Of a stretch of 64,000 bases of DNA, positions 10,223 to 19,300 are shown one piece after another. A program made the translations under genes and the position numbers. This DNA is from an uncultured Candidatus Saccharibacteria bacterium (GTDB taxonomy: Bacteria > Patescibacteriota > Minisyncoccia > Phycocordibacterales > PALSA-1337). Positions within the stretch are counted from its first letter, which is position 1; each line of letters begins with the position of its first letter. Below the pieces are notes generated by a model. That model did not search any database. It saw nothing but the letters and a program-made list of their open reading frames with translations, and was not told the DNA's origin. The DNA is taken from assembly GCA_964481175.1 (NCBI GenBank), contig CAYZSZ010000001.1, positions 1,602 to 65,601 on the forward strand, written 5' to 3'.

Positions 10223-10828
10223 ATGAAAATAGGACCAAAATACAAAATTGCACGAAGACTAGGAGCTCCAATATTTGAGAAAACTCAAACACAAAAGTTT
10301 GCTATCCGAAATGCAAAGAAGCTAGAAAACAATCCTCGAGCACGTTCAAAGTCTGACTTCGGTCTCGGTATGATCGAAAAGCAAAAAGCTCGATACACCT
10401 ACGGAGTAAATGAGCGCCAGTTCGCAAACTACGTCAAAGCTGCGCTTTTGAAAAAAGGAAATACAGGAGAACTCCTCATTTCTTCACTTGAAAGCCGACT
10501 CGACAGCGTAGTATTGCGAGCAGGATTCGCTACTACCAGACGAGCTGCACGACAGATGACTTCACATGGACATATCACCGTAAACGGCAAGATCGTACGA
10601 GTACCTTCACTTTCAGTAAAGGTTGGAGACGTGATCGGTATTCGAGAGGGAAGCAAAACCAAGCCGCTTTTCGCAAGCCTGGAAGAGCGTTTAAAGACAG
10701 TAAAACTACCGTCATGGCTCAAGCTTAATTTCGATAAAAAAGAAGTAACTATAGACGGTAAGCCAGGCGCACAAAACTCTGACCTTCTCTTCAATGTGGC
10801 GACTGTGCTTGAGTTCTATACACGATAA
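10223..10828 (+). CDS. rpsD: 30S ribosomal protein S4
   Basis: S4 N-terminus 'GPKYKIARRLG' and S4 RNA-binding domain. Confidence 0.95.
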   Translation: MKIGPKYKIARRLGAPIFEKTQTQKFAIRNAKKLENNPRARSKSDFGLGMIEKQKARYTYGVNERQFANYVKAALLKKGNTGELLISSLESRLDSVVLRAGFATTRRAARQMTSHGHITVNGKIVRVPSLSVKVGDVIGIREGSKTKPLFASLEERLKTVKLPSWLKLNFDKKEVTIDGKPGAQNSDLLFNVATVLEFYTR

Positions 10829-10829
10829 T

Positions 10830-10858
10830 TTGCAAAATATTAGAAAGTAGTGTACAAT
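10830..10858 (+). promoter_or_regulatory. sigma70-like promoter TTGCAA-N17-TACAAT (TG-extended) upstream of rpoA
   Basis: -35 at 10830-10835, 17-nt spacer ending in TG, -10 at 10853-10858. Confidence 0.45.
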
Positions 10859-10896
10859 GTTTCGACTGATTTAATAATGTTAACTAGCTAAAAAAT

Positions 10897-11859
10897 ATGT
10901 CTCTTACCAACGTCGTTGTGCCATCAAAACCAAAAATCGTTAAAGAAGAAGGTTTTATGGGAATATATGAAATTGACGGACTCTATCCAGGGTACGGTCA
11001 TACGCTCGGGAACTCACTCCGACGTATCATTTTGTCATCTATTCCAGGTGCAGCTATCACAAAAGTTAAAATCGCAGGTGTAGAGCATGAGTTTTCAACT
11101 ATTGAAGGTGTAAAAGAAGACGTTATCAACGTACTTTTGAACCTCAAGCGACTCCGCCTAAAAGTTACCGGTGATGAGCCACAGACTATTTTCATAAAAG
11201 CAAAAGGGACAAAGACAGTTACAGGAAAAGACGTCGAAGTTCCAGGACAGGTAGAAGTTTTGAATCCAGAGCTACACATTGCAGAGCTTACCAGCAAGAC
11301 AGCTGAGCTCGATATCGAAGCAACAGTACAGCAAGGTCTCGGTTACGTGCCAAAAGAAATCATCGAAAAAGAGCGAGTTGAGATCGGTGCTATTTCTCTC
11401 GACGCTATCTTTACCCCTATCCGACGAGTAAACTACGAAGTAGAAAACATGCGAGTTGGAGACCGAACAGATTTCAACCGACTACGCATCTCTATCGAAA
11501 CTGATGGTACTCTTACTCCAAAAGAAGCTCTTGAGCAGTCAATCACCACTATGATCATGCAGCTGAAAGCTGTAGTCGGCTACCGAGAGGAAGAAGAGGT
11601 TCCTGCTACTCCTGTGAAGGAGAGCGAGGGTGACACTTCTACAAAGAAAGAAGTAGACGTAGAGTTTTTGAAGACACGCATCGATGATATTGGGCTTTCA
11701 GCTCGAACTGTAAAGGCTTTGACAGCTGCAAATATTCGCACTGTTGGTGGTCTTGCACGAAAGAAGGAAGCTGATATCCTAGATGTCGAAGGTTTGGGAA
11801 GCAAAGGTATTCAGGAAATCAAGAAAACTCTCAGCAACTACGGCATTACTCTAAAATAA
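10897..11859 (+). CDS. rpoA: DNA-directed RNA polymerase subunit alpha
   Basis: Alpha NTD dimerisation region plus CTD 'LSARTVKALTAANIRTVGGL'. Confidence 0.95.
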   Translation: MSLTNVVVPSKPKIVKEEGFMGIYEIDGLYPGYGHTLGNSLRRIILSSIPGAAITKVKIAGVEHEFSTIEGVKEDVINVLLNLKRLRLKVTGDEPQTIFIKAKGTKTVTGKDVEVPGQVEVLNPELHIAELTSKTAELDIEATVQQGLGYVPKEIIEKERVEIGAISLDAIFTPIRRVNYEVENMRVGDRTDFNRLRISIETDGTLTPKEALEQSITTMIMQLKAVVGYREEEEVPATPVKESEGDTSTKKEVDVEFLKTRIDDIGLSARTVKALTAANIRTVGGLARKKEADILDVEGLGSKGIQEIKKTLSNYGITLK

Positions 11860-11860
11860 C

Positions 11861-12211
11861 ATGCGACATCATTCGAATAAACGAAAATTTGGTAGAGAAC
11901 AAGGACAGCGAAATGCTTTGATGAAAAGCCTTGCTATTTCTCTTGTAAAACACGAAAAAATCGAGACAACTCTTGCAAAAGCAAAGGAGCTTCGACCATA
12001 CGCAGAAAAGCTTGTCACACGAGCAAAGTCTGATACTATTGCTTCACGACGACTTTTGATTTCACGCACAGGAAACGAGCTCGCAGCAAAAAAGCTAGTT
12101 GAAACATTGGCTCCAAAATACAAGTCTCGAAACGGAGGCTACACTCGTATCATAAAGACAGGTCGACGACTAAAAGACGGCAGCAACATGGCTGTAATAG
12201 AATTTGTATAA
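11861..12211 (+). CDS. rplQ: 50S ribosomal protein L17
   Basis: 'MRHHSNKRKFGREQGQRNALMKSLAISLVKHEKIETTLAKAKELRPYAEKLVT' matches L17. Confidence 0.9.
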   Translation: MRHHSNKRKFGREQGQRNALMKSLAISLVKHEKIETTLAKAKELRPYAEKLVTRAKSDTIASRRLLISRTGNELAAKKLVETLAPKYKSRNGGYTRIIKTGRRLKDGSNMAVIEFV

Positions 12212-12215
12212 TTAT

Positions 12216-12557
12216 ATGATTACCATTGACGCAACAGGAAAAAAACTAGGACGAGTAGCAAGTGAAGCTGCTTCTTACCTCATGGGTAAAAAGACAACTG
12301 CTTTTGCTCGAAACAAAGTAACTGATGTAAAAGTTAGCATCACAAATACTGCAAAGGCTGACATCAACGAAAAGAAACTCAACTCAACTGAGTACACCAC
12401 ATTCACAGGTTTCCGAGGTGGTATATATTCTGAAAAGATGAGTGAAATCGTTGCAAAGAAAGGCTTCAAGGAAGTATTTGAACGAGCAGTCTACGGTATG
12501 CTTCCAAAAAACAAGCTTACAAAGGCTATGATGAAAAATCTAACTATCACCGAATAA
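12216..12557 (+). CDS. rplM: 50S ribosomal protein L13
   Basis: 'MITIDATGKKLGRVASEAASYLMGKKT...' is the L13 N-terminal signature. Start taken at the Met after the rplQ stop. Confidence 0.9.
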   Translation: MITIDATGKKLGRVASEAASYLMGKKTTAFARNKVTDVKVSITNTAKADINEKKLNSTEYTTFTGFRGGIYSEKMSEIVAKKGFKEVFERAVYGMLPKNKLTKAMMKNLTITE

Positions 12558-12558
12558 T

Positions 12559-12960
12559 ATGAAAGCTACTGACAAATACATCGAAACAATTGGACGACGA
12601 AAGACAGCTACCGCTCGAGTACGTATGACTCCTGCTGCAAAGACCTCATATGTCATCAACGACAAGGAGCTCGCTGCTTACTTTCCTACAAAGCAACTAC
12701 AGGACACTGTTACTTCAGCAATCACTGACTCAAAGACAGTAGAAAAATTTAAAGTAACCGTTATTGCAAAAGGAGGTGGTATCGCTGGACAGGCTGTTGC
12801 TGTTCGACACGGTATCGCACGAGGGCTAAACGAATACGACGCACTACTCCGACCAGTGCTCAAGAAAGCAGGTTTCCTCAAACGAGATCCACGAGCAAAG
12901 GAACGAAGAAAGTTCGGTCTCAAGAAAGCTCGAAAGGCTCCACAGTGGTCAAAACGATAA
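12559..12960 (+). CDS. rpsI: 30S ribosomal protein S9
   Basis: S9 C-terminus '...RDPRAKERRKFGLKKARKAPQWSKR'. Confidence 0.95.
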   Translation: MKATDKYIETIGRRKTATARVRMTPAAKTSYVINDKELAAYFPTKQLQDTVTSAITDSKTVEKFKVTVIAKGGGIAGQAVAVRHGIARGLNEYDALLRPVLKKAGFLKRDPRAKERRKFGLKKARKAPQWSKR

Positions 12961-12974
12961 TTCAAAAAGAGAAA

Positions 12975-12998
12975 GCCCGCCGTCTGGTGGGTTTTTTC
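12975..12998 (+). terminator. rho-independent terminator after rpsI
   Basis: CCCGCC-GTCT-GGTGGG hairpin followed by TTTTTT. Confidence 0.6.
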
Positions 12999-13023
12999 TT
13001 TTTGTGGTATAAATATCGCAGCT

Positions 13024-13218
13024 ATGAAGACCATCCTCACCACAATCGGGATCTGTGTAATCGCACTAATCCTCTTGGCTGTCATTCTGTTCTTTACCCT
13101 CAGGGCTTTCTTGAAAAGAAACGGCCCTCCTGAGCCCAGGCCCCGAGACGACAACCCCTTCAAAAACCCTCTGGAACTTCCTGAATACCCAGAAGGAGTT
13201 TCGAAAGGGGACATCTGA
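13024..13218 (+). CDS. small single-TM protein (64 aa) with Pro/acidic tail, hypothetical
   Basis: ORF bracketed by two terminators and preceded by an extended -10 TGgTATAAA (13005-13013). Hydrophobic helix 'ILTTIGICVIALILLAVILFF'. GC-richer than neighbouring genes. Confidence 0.4.
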   Translation: MKTILTTIGICVIALILLAVILFFTLRAFLKRNGPPEPRPRDDNPFKNPLELPEYPEGVSKGDI

Positions 13219-13237
13219 GTGTGCACCACACGCTCCA

Positions 13238-13275
13238 CCCACCACAAACAACCCACGTGGTGGGCTTGTTGTTTT
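13238..13275 (+). terminator. rho-independent terminator
   Basis: Perfect 8-bp stem CCCACCAC/GTGGTGGG followed by a T-rich tail. Confidence 0.55.
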
Positions 13276-13285
13276 AATAACTAAT

Positions 13286-13855
13286 ATGTATACTCATTTC
13301 ATGAATGAAGAAGAAATAAAGTACGAAGAAACTGATCTCGACGACTCTGTCGTGACAGAGGAAAATGCAGTCGAGGCTGTTAAAAAGCTAAAAGAAAAAC
13401 TAAAGAAAGCGCTTGCAGAAAAGCAAGAGTATTTGACTGGTTGGCAAAAAGCTAAAGCTGATTTTATCAACGCACGCAAGAAAGATGAAGAGTCACAAAA
13501 AGAGTTTTTAAAGTACGCTAACGAGGGAATCATCACTGAGCTCATTGCTACCGTCGATAGTTTCAATATGGCTTTTGCAAACAAAGAATCATGGGAGAAG
13601 GTAGATAAAAACTGGAGAATGGGAGTTGAGTATATTTACAGCCAGTTCTTTAAAACTCTTGAGAGCTATGGACTCAAGGAGATAAATCCTCTAAATGAAA
13701 AGTTCGACCCTACCCGAGACGAAGCGACTGCATACGAGCCAGTTACCGAAGAAGCAAAAGATCATATGATCATTGAAGTAGTACAGAAAGGATATTCTCT
13801 AAACGGAAAAGTGTTAAAGGCACCAAAAGTAAAAGTAGGGGAGTTTAAAAAATAA
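13286..13855 (+). CDS. grpE: nucleotide exchange factor GrpE
   Basis: Coiled-coil N-terminus and GrpE C-terminal beta-domain 'VVQKGYSLNGKVLKAPKVKVGEF'. Confidence 0.85.
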   Translation: MYTHFMNEEEIKYEETDLDDSVVTEENAVEAVKKLKEKLKKALAEKQEYLTGWQKAKADFINARKKDEESQKEFLKYANEGIITELIATVDSFNMAFANKESWEKVDKNWRMGVEYIYSQFFKTLESYGLKEINPLNEKFDPTRDEATAYEPVTEEAKDHMIIEVVQKGYSLNGKVLKAPKVKVGEFKK

Positions 13856-14061
13856 GAAACGGCCGGCCCTCATGGACCGACCGTTGAACCCAAAGCTTCC
13901 GCTGCCCAACTTGTGAAGATGTCCGAGTTGCCCCAGACTTCCTGAACAAAAAGCGGATGCCTTGGACCCAGCTATGCTACAGGCATAACCACTGATATAT
14001 TACTACTTTATATAGAATATGTCAATAGTAGTATAGCCAAAACTTTGATATAATTTCACAT

Positions 14062-14349
14062 ATGTTAGTAACTACCCGCGGACAAAAAGTAATAGAGAAA
14101 ATTGTCACCAATCGTAAAGGACAAATGATGCGAGTGGCTTTTCTCGTCACTGAGATTGCTGGGGCTATCCAGGTAAAAGTCCTCTCAGCTACTCCTGTCG
14201 TTGCGCTTACTTCTGTTGCTCTTGCTATCGTTGGAAATGTTCAAAATATAGTAAATAAATTTTCTGCAACTTACTCTGAATTCGTTTCTGGTTTTTCTGA
14301 CTTTGCATTTTTCATGAGCCAACCAACACGAGCTCCGGCGTTTATATAA
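14062..14349 (+). CDS. doubtful small ORF between grpE and dnaK
   Basis: 95-aa ORF with no SD sequence and a low-complexity product; may be non-coding leader. Confidence 0.2.
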   Translation: MLVTTRGQKVIEKIVTNRKGQMMRVAFLVTEIAGAIQVKVLSATPVVALTSVALAIVGNVQNIVNKFSATYSEFVSGFSDFAFFMSQPTRAPAFI

Positions 14350-14380
14350 TTTTTCTTATTAGAATTAATTATATTTAACT

Positions 14381-16255
14381 ATGTCTAAAATAATCGGAAT
14401 CGATCTTGGAACCACCAACTCTGCAGTTGCAGTGATGGAACTCGGAACTCCAAAGATCCTAGAAAACGCAGAAGGTGCTCGTACGACTCCATCTATCGTC
14501 GCTCAGTCTAAAACTGGCGAGAGAATGGTGGGACTACTAGCAAAACGACAAGGTGTTACAAACCCAAAAAATACGATATATCAGATCAAGCGATTTATCG
14601 GTCACACCTTTGACGATGCAGCAGTGCAGAAAGATCGCTCATCAGTGCCATTCGAAATGCAGAAATCTGCAAGCGGAGGTATCGAAGTAAAAATGGGAGA
14701 CAAATGGAATCGTCCAGAAGAAATCTCTGCGATGATTTTGCAAAAGCTAAAGGCAGATGCAGAAGCACGACTCGGTGAACCAGTCACAGAGGCAGTGATC
14801 ACCGTGCCTGCATACTTTAACGATGCACAGCGACAAGCAACAAAAGACGCTGGAAAGATCGCAGGACTCGATGTAAAGCGAATCATCAACGAGCCGACCG
14901 CAGCAGCACTCGCATATGGCTTCAACAAAAAGAAAGATGAAAAAATTGTGGTCTTCGACTTTGGAGGAGGTACATTCGACATATCAGTACTCGAAGTAGG
15001 AGATGATGTAGTCGAAGTAAAATCAACTGATGGAGATGCGCACCTCGGAGGAAAGGATATCGACCAAAAGATCATCAACTGGCTCGCAGACGAGTTCAAA
15101 AAGACTTCGGGTATCGATGTACGAGGCGATGCACTCGCACTTCAGCGACTCGACGAAGCAGCAGAGAAGGCAAAGATTGAGCTTTCAACTGCCATGCAGA
15201 CTGAGGTAAACATCCCATTCATTACTTCAGGTGCAAATGGTCCTCAGCACTTGCTCCTCACGATGACTCGAGCAAAACTCGAAGAGCTCACCGCAGAGTT
15301 TATCGACCGAGCGATGGCAATCACCAAGCGAGCGATGGAAGCTTCACCATTTAAAATCGCTGATATCAACGAAGTCATCCTCGTCGGAGGACAGACTCGT
15401 ATGCCAGCGATCCAAGCGGCCGTAAAGAACTACTTTGGAAAGGAGCTCCACATGGGAGTAAACCCTGACGAAGTAGTAGCTATCGGTGCAGCGATCCAGG
15501 GAGGTATCCTTGCTGGAGATGTAAAAGACGTACTGCTTCTCGATGTGATCCCGCTATCTCTCGGCATCGAAACCATGGGAGGAGTGGCTACAAAGCTCAT
15601 CGAAAAGAACACGACTATCCCAACATAAAAGTCACAGGTATTCTCAACAGCCGCTGATAACCAGACCGATGTAACGATCCACATCGTTCAGGGAGAACGA
15701 CCGATGGTGGCGGACAACAAGTCACTCGGACAGTTTAACCTCGGTGGTATCGCTCCGGCTCCACGTGGTACTCCACAAATCGAAGTCACTTTTGACATCG
15801 ATGCAAACGGAATTCTCAACGTTTCAGCAAAAGATAAAGCAACTGGAAAATCAAGCTCTATCAAAATCACTGCAAGCTCAGGTCTTTCAAAAGAAGAGGT
15901 AGAGAAAATGCAGAAGGAAGCTGAGATGCACAAAGCAGAAGATGAAAAGAAAAAAGCAGCTGTCGAAGCAAAAAACTTTGCGGAGCAGATGATTTACACT
16001 GCTGAAAAATCTTTGAAAGACTTCAAGGATAAAATCCCAGCTGATGTAACCAAGTCTATCGAGGACAAAGTAGCGGCTCTCAAGACAGTAAAAGAGGGAA
16101 CTGATGCAGCGGCGATAAAGTCAGCAACAGATGCATTGTCTGCTGAACTACAGAAGATCGGAGACATTGTAAACAAAGCTCAAGCAGAACAACCAAAGAA
16201 AGAAGAAGGTGGAGATCCTAATGTTCGAGACGCTGAGTTTAAAGAGAAGAAATAA
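14381..16255 (+). CDS. dnaK: molecular chaperone DnaK, interrupted by an in-frame TAA at 15626-15628
   Basis: Two same-frame ORFs (14381-15628; 15704-16255) together give a colinear ~624-aa Hsp70. Sequence across the stop reads '...[35 protein letters not shown]...', where Hsp70s have Lys at the stop position. Confidence 0.85.
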
Positions 16256-16258
16256 ACA

Positions 16259-16288
16259 AAAAAGCCCCTTGACCAAGGGTGCTTTTTT
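16259..16288 (+). terminator. putative terminator after dnaK
   Basis: Imperfect CCCTT-GACC-AAGGG hairpin followed by TTTTTT. Confidence 0.35.
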
Positions 16289-16305
16289 GTTATAGTGAAG
16301 CCACT

Positions 16306-19300
16306 ATGAAAAAACTAATCCCGGTAATCCTATTTTCTTTATTGCTGCCAGTTTTTGTTGTTTTTGCTCAGACTCCGGCATATAAAGACATGACTTATGT
16401 GAGTGGCTTTGCTCCAGCAACTTCGATGGAGTTTGCCCCGGACGGTAGAATATTTGTAGCAGAACGTGGAGGTAAGGTGCGAGTCATCAAAAACGGCCAG
16501 CTACTACCGACGCCTTTTTTGACTGTCTCTGTGGCACTAAATGGAGAACGTGGTCTAAGCGGTATCACACTCGACCCAAACTTTAGAACAAATGGGTATG
16601 TTTATATCTATTACACACGTGCAAACGAACCTATAAAAAATAGACTCAGCAGATTTACCGTAAGCGCAACAAATCCAGATGTAGCAGACCCGAACTCTGA
16701 AAAAATACTCATTGATGATATTGGATCTGACTCAGGCATACACAATGGCGGGGCACTGCACTTTGGTAAAGACGGAAAACTATATGTCGCTGTCGGTGAC
16801 GGTGGGTCATTCCGAGCAAATGCACAAATTCTTACGAATCTATCTGGAAAGATTTTAAGAATAAATCCAGACGGGACTATTCCAAATGATAATCCATTTA
16901 TCGGATACTCTCTACCAGGAGTGCGCACTGAGATCTGGGCATTTGGCTTTAGAAATCCATTTACGTTTGCAGTAGACCCGGTGAGTGGAAAGATCTATGT
17001 AAACGACGTAGGCGAAACAACGTGGGAAGAGATTAATATCTTGCAACGTGACGGTAACTACACATGGCCAAGATGTGAAGGTCCGCAAAATACTGGGGTA
17101 GGTGAATGCGCTGATTCAGATTTCCAGTATCCACTATACGCCTACAATCACAATAAAAAAGGGGCTTCAATAACTGGTGCCGCTTTTTACAAAGGAGACT
17201 ACTACTTTGGTGATATGGTTTTAAAGGTTATTCGAAAGATGAATTCGAATAATGCTGTTTCCGATTTTATTTCTACATCAGAACTACCTGTAGATATCGA
17301 TGCGGGCCCAGATGGAAACTTGTATTACCTAGGTTATGGGGGAAAGGTGATGAAAATAGTTGCTCAGGACACTCCAATAAACGGTTTATGCGCGGTGACC
17401 GTAGTAAATATCTGCCACTCAGGAACTTTCACCGACCTACCTGACTCTGCAACACATGCACTATGGAGCTGTGTCGGATCATCTGGAGGAACAACAGCTT
17501 CATGTAGTGTACCGCTCAGCTCCAACAAGCTGCCAACTGCAACCATTACTACTCCAGTTGTAAATGCAAAGTACAACGCTGGCCAAACTATATCTTTTTC
17601 CGGAACAGGGACAGATCCCGAAGACGGCACACTACCCGCAAGTGCTTTTTCTTGGTCAGTAGTGTTTCATCACAATACTCACACACATCCATTCCTTGGC
17701 CCAATCACTGGAAAGACTGGAGATTCTTTTGTTGTACCAAACACAGGAGAGCTTGCAGATGATGTCTGGTATCGTATATATCTCACTGTAACTGATTCGA
17801 AAGGTGCAAAGAGCGAAGTGTATAGAGATGTATATCCAAATGTAGTAACACTAACCTTTAGAACAAACCCGGCAGGAAAAAATGTTACCGTAGACGGGCA
17901 ACCACAGACTACACCTTACGTAGTTAAAAGTGTTGTGGGTATGAAACGTATCATATCGGTAGATTCACAAGATTTCTTTGAGTGGTCAAACAATGGCGCA
18001 CGCGAGCAGACTATAACTACACCAACTACAGATACTGCCTATACCGCATCATTTAGTGCTCCAAGACCGACAAGTGTTGTTATGCAGCCATACTACGGCT
18101 CAGGTGATCTTTCTATTCACATGCAAAAAGAAGTTGACGATCGTATTGGAGGGAATATGGCTAATGCCACAACAAAATCACTTTGGTACACTCGAGGCTC
18201 AAACACAGCGGCTTGGGAGCAAAATCCATTCACATTTCTTCGTGGTAATGGGATCGGTATCGATCTCAATGGACAATCACCGTGGAACTCACTAGGTCAG
18301 TATGCTCGATCTGGTACGTTGATTTCGCCTCGACATATTATCTTTGCCAAACATTTTCGTCTTAGTGCTGGGACAACAGTTGTCTTTGTAGATTCAACAA
18401 ATAGAATTGTCGAAAGAACAATTGAAAAAGTAGAGCTCGCGCCAGACCCACTAGATATTGGTGTTGGATTACTAAACAAAGATGTACCAGAGAATATTCC
18501 TTTTTATCCGATTATCTCCCGAAGTATTTGGCAGCAATATCTTGGCAACGTTGGAACAAATGTAGATATTCCTATCATTTATCTCGACCTTGAAGACAAG
18601 ATTGGGGTTCATGTAATCAAAGCAAATGCACTCTACAGCAACAGCGCCAACCTTTCACACGTAAAAGGCACAGGAAAACGAGCTGAGTTCGACGAACCAA
18701 TAGTACTAGGTGACTCCGGAAATCCTGCTTTCGCAATTATTGGTGGTCAACCCGTGCTCTTGTTTACCCACTTTGATTTTCCATTTGGACCAAACTTCGC
18801 TACCCATTTCGATCTGATCAATGGTCTGATGACAAAACTGGGTGGAGGCTACCAATTGTCGACTTTGGATTTGTCACGCTTTGATACCTCAGTGCCAAAA
18901 TTTACTCTAACAGTATCAAAACCGATTGGAGGGACTGTTATTGCCGCTGGTGGAATAAACTGTGGTACAAACTGCTCCGCTCAATACAATAAAGATACCG
19001 AGGTTTCACTTGCAGCAGATAAGGCTACAGGATATGTATTTAGCGGCTGGTCTGGTGACTGTACGGGAACTGGCCTTTGTACTGTAAAAATGGATAAAGC
19101 AAAAACAGTCACTGCGAATTTCACAGTGGCTAACACTGCGCCTATTGCACAAAATGCGACCTTTACATTTTCTGGAACTTCAACAACAGTGGCACTTTCT
19201 GCAAGTGATGCACAAAACGATTCACTCACATACACACTAAGTACACTTTCAACTCCAAAAGGGACTTTGACCAAAGTAAACGAAACGACATACACATATA

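Noticed and set aside
12678-13256. 192-aa minus-strand ORF overlapping rpsI and the GC-rich spacer
   Set aside because: Antisense to ribosomal protein S9 and runs through two terminator hairpins; a typical GC-rich shadow ORF.
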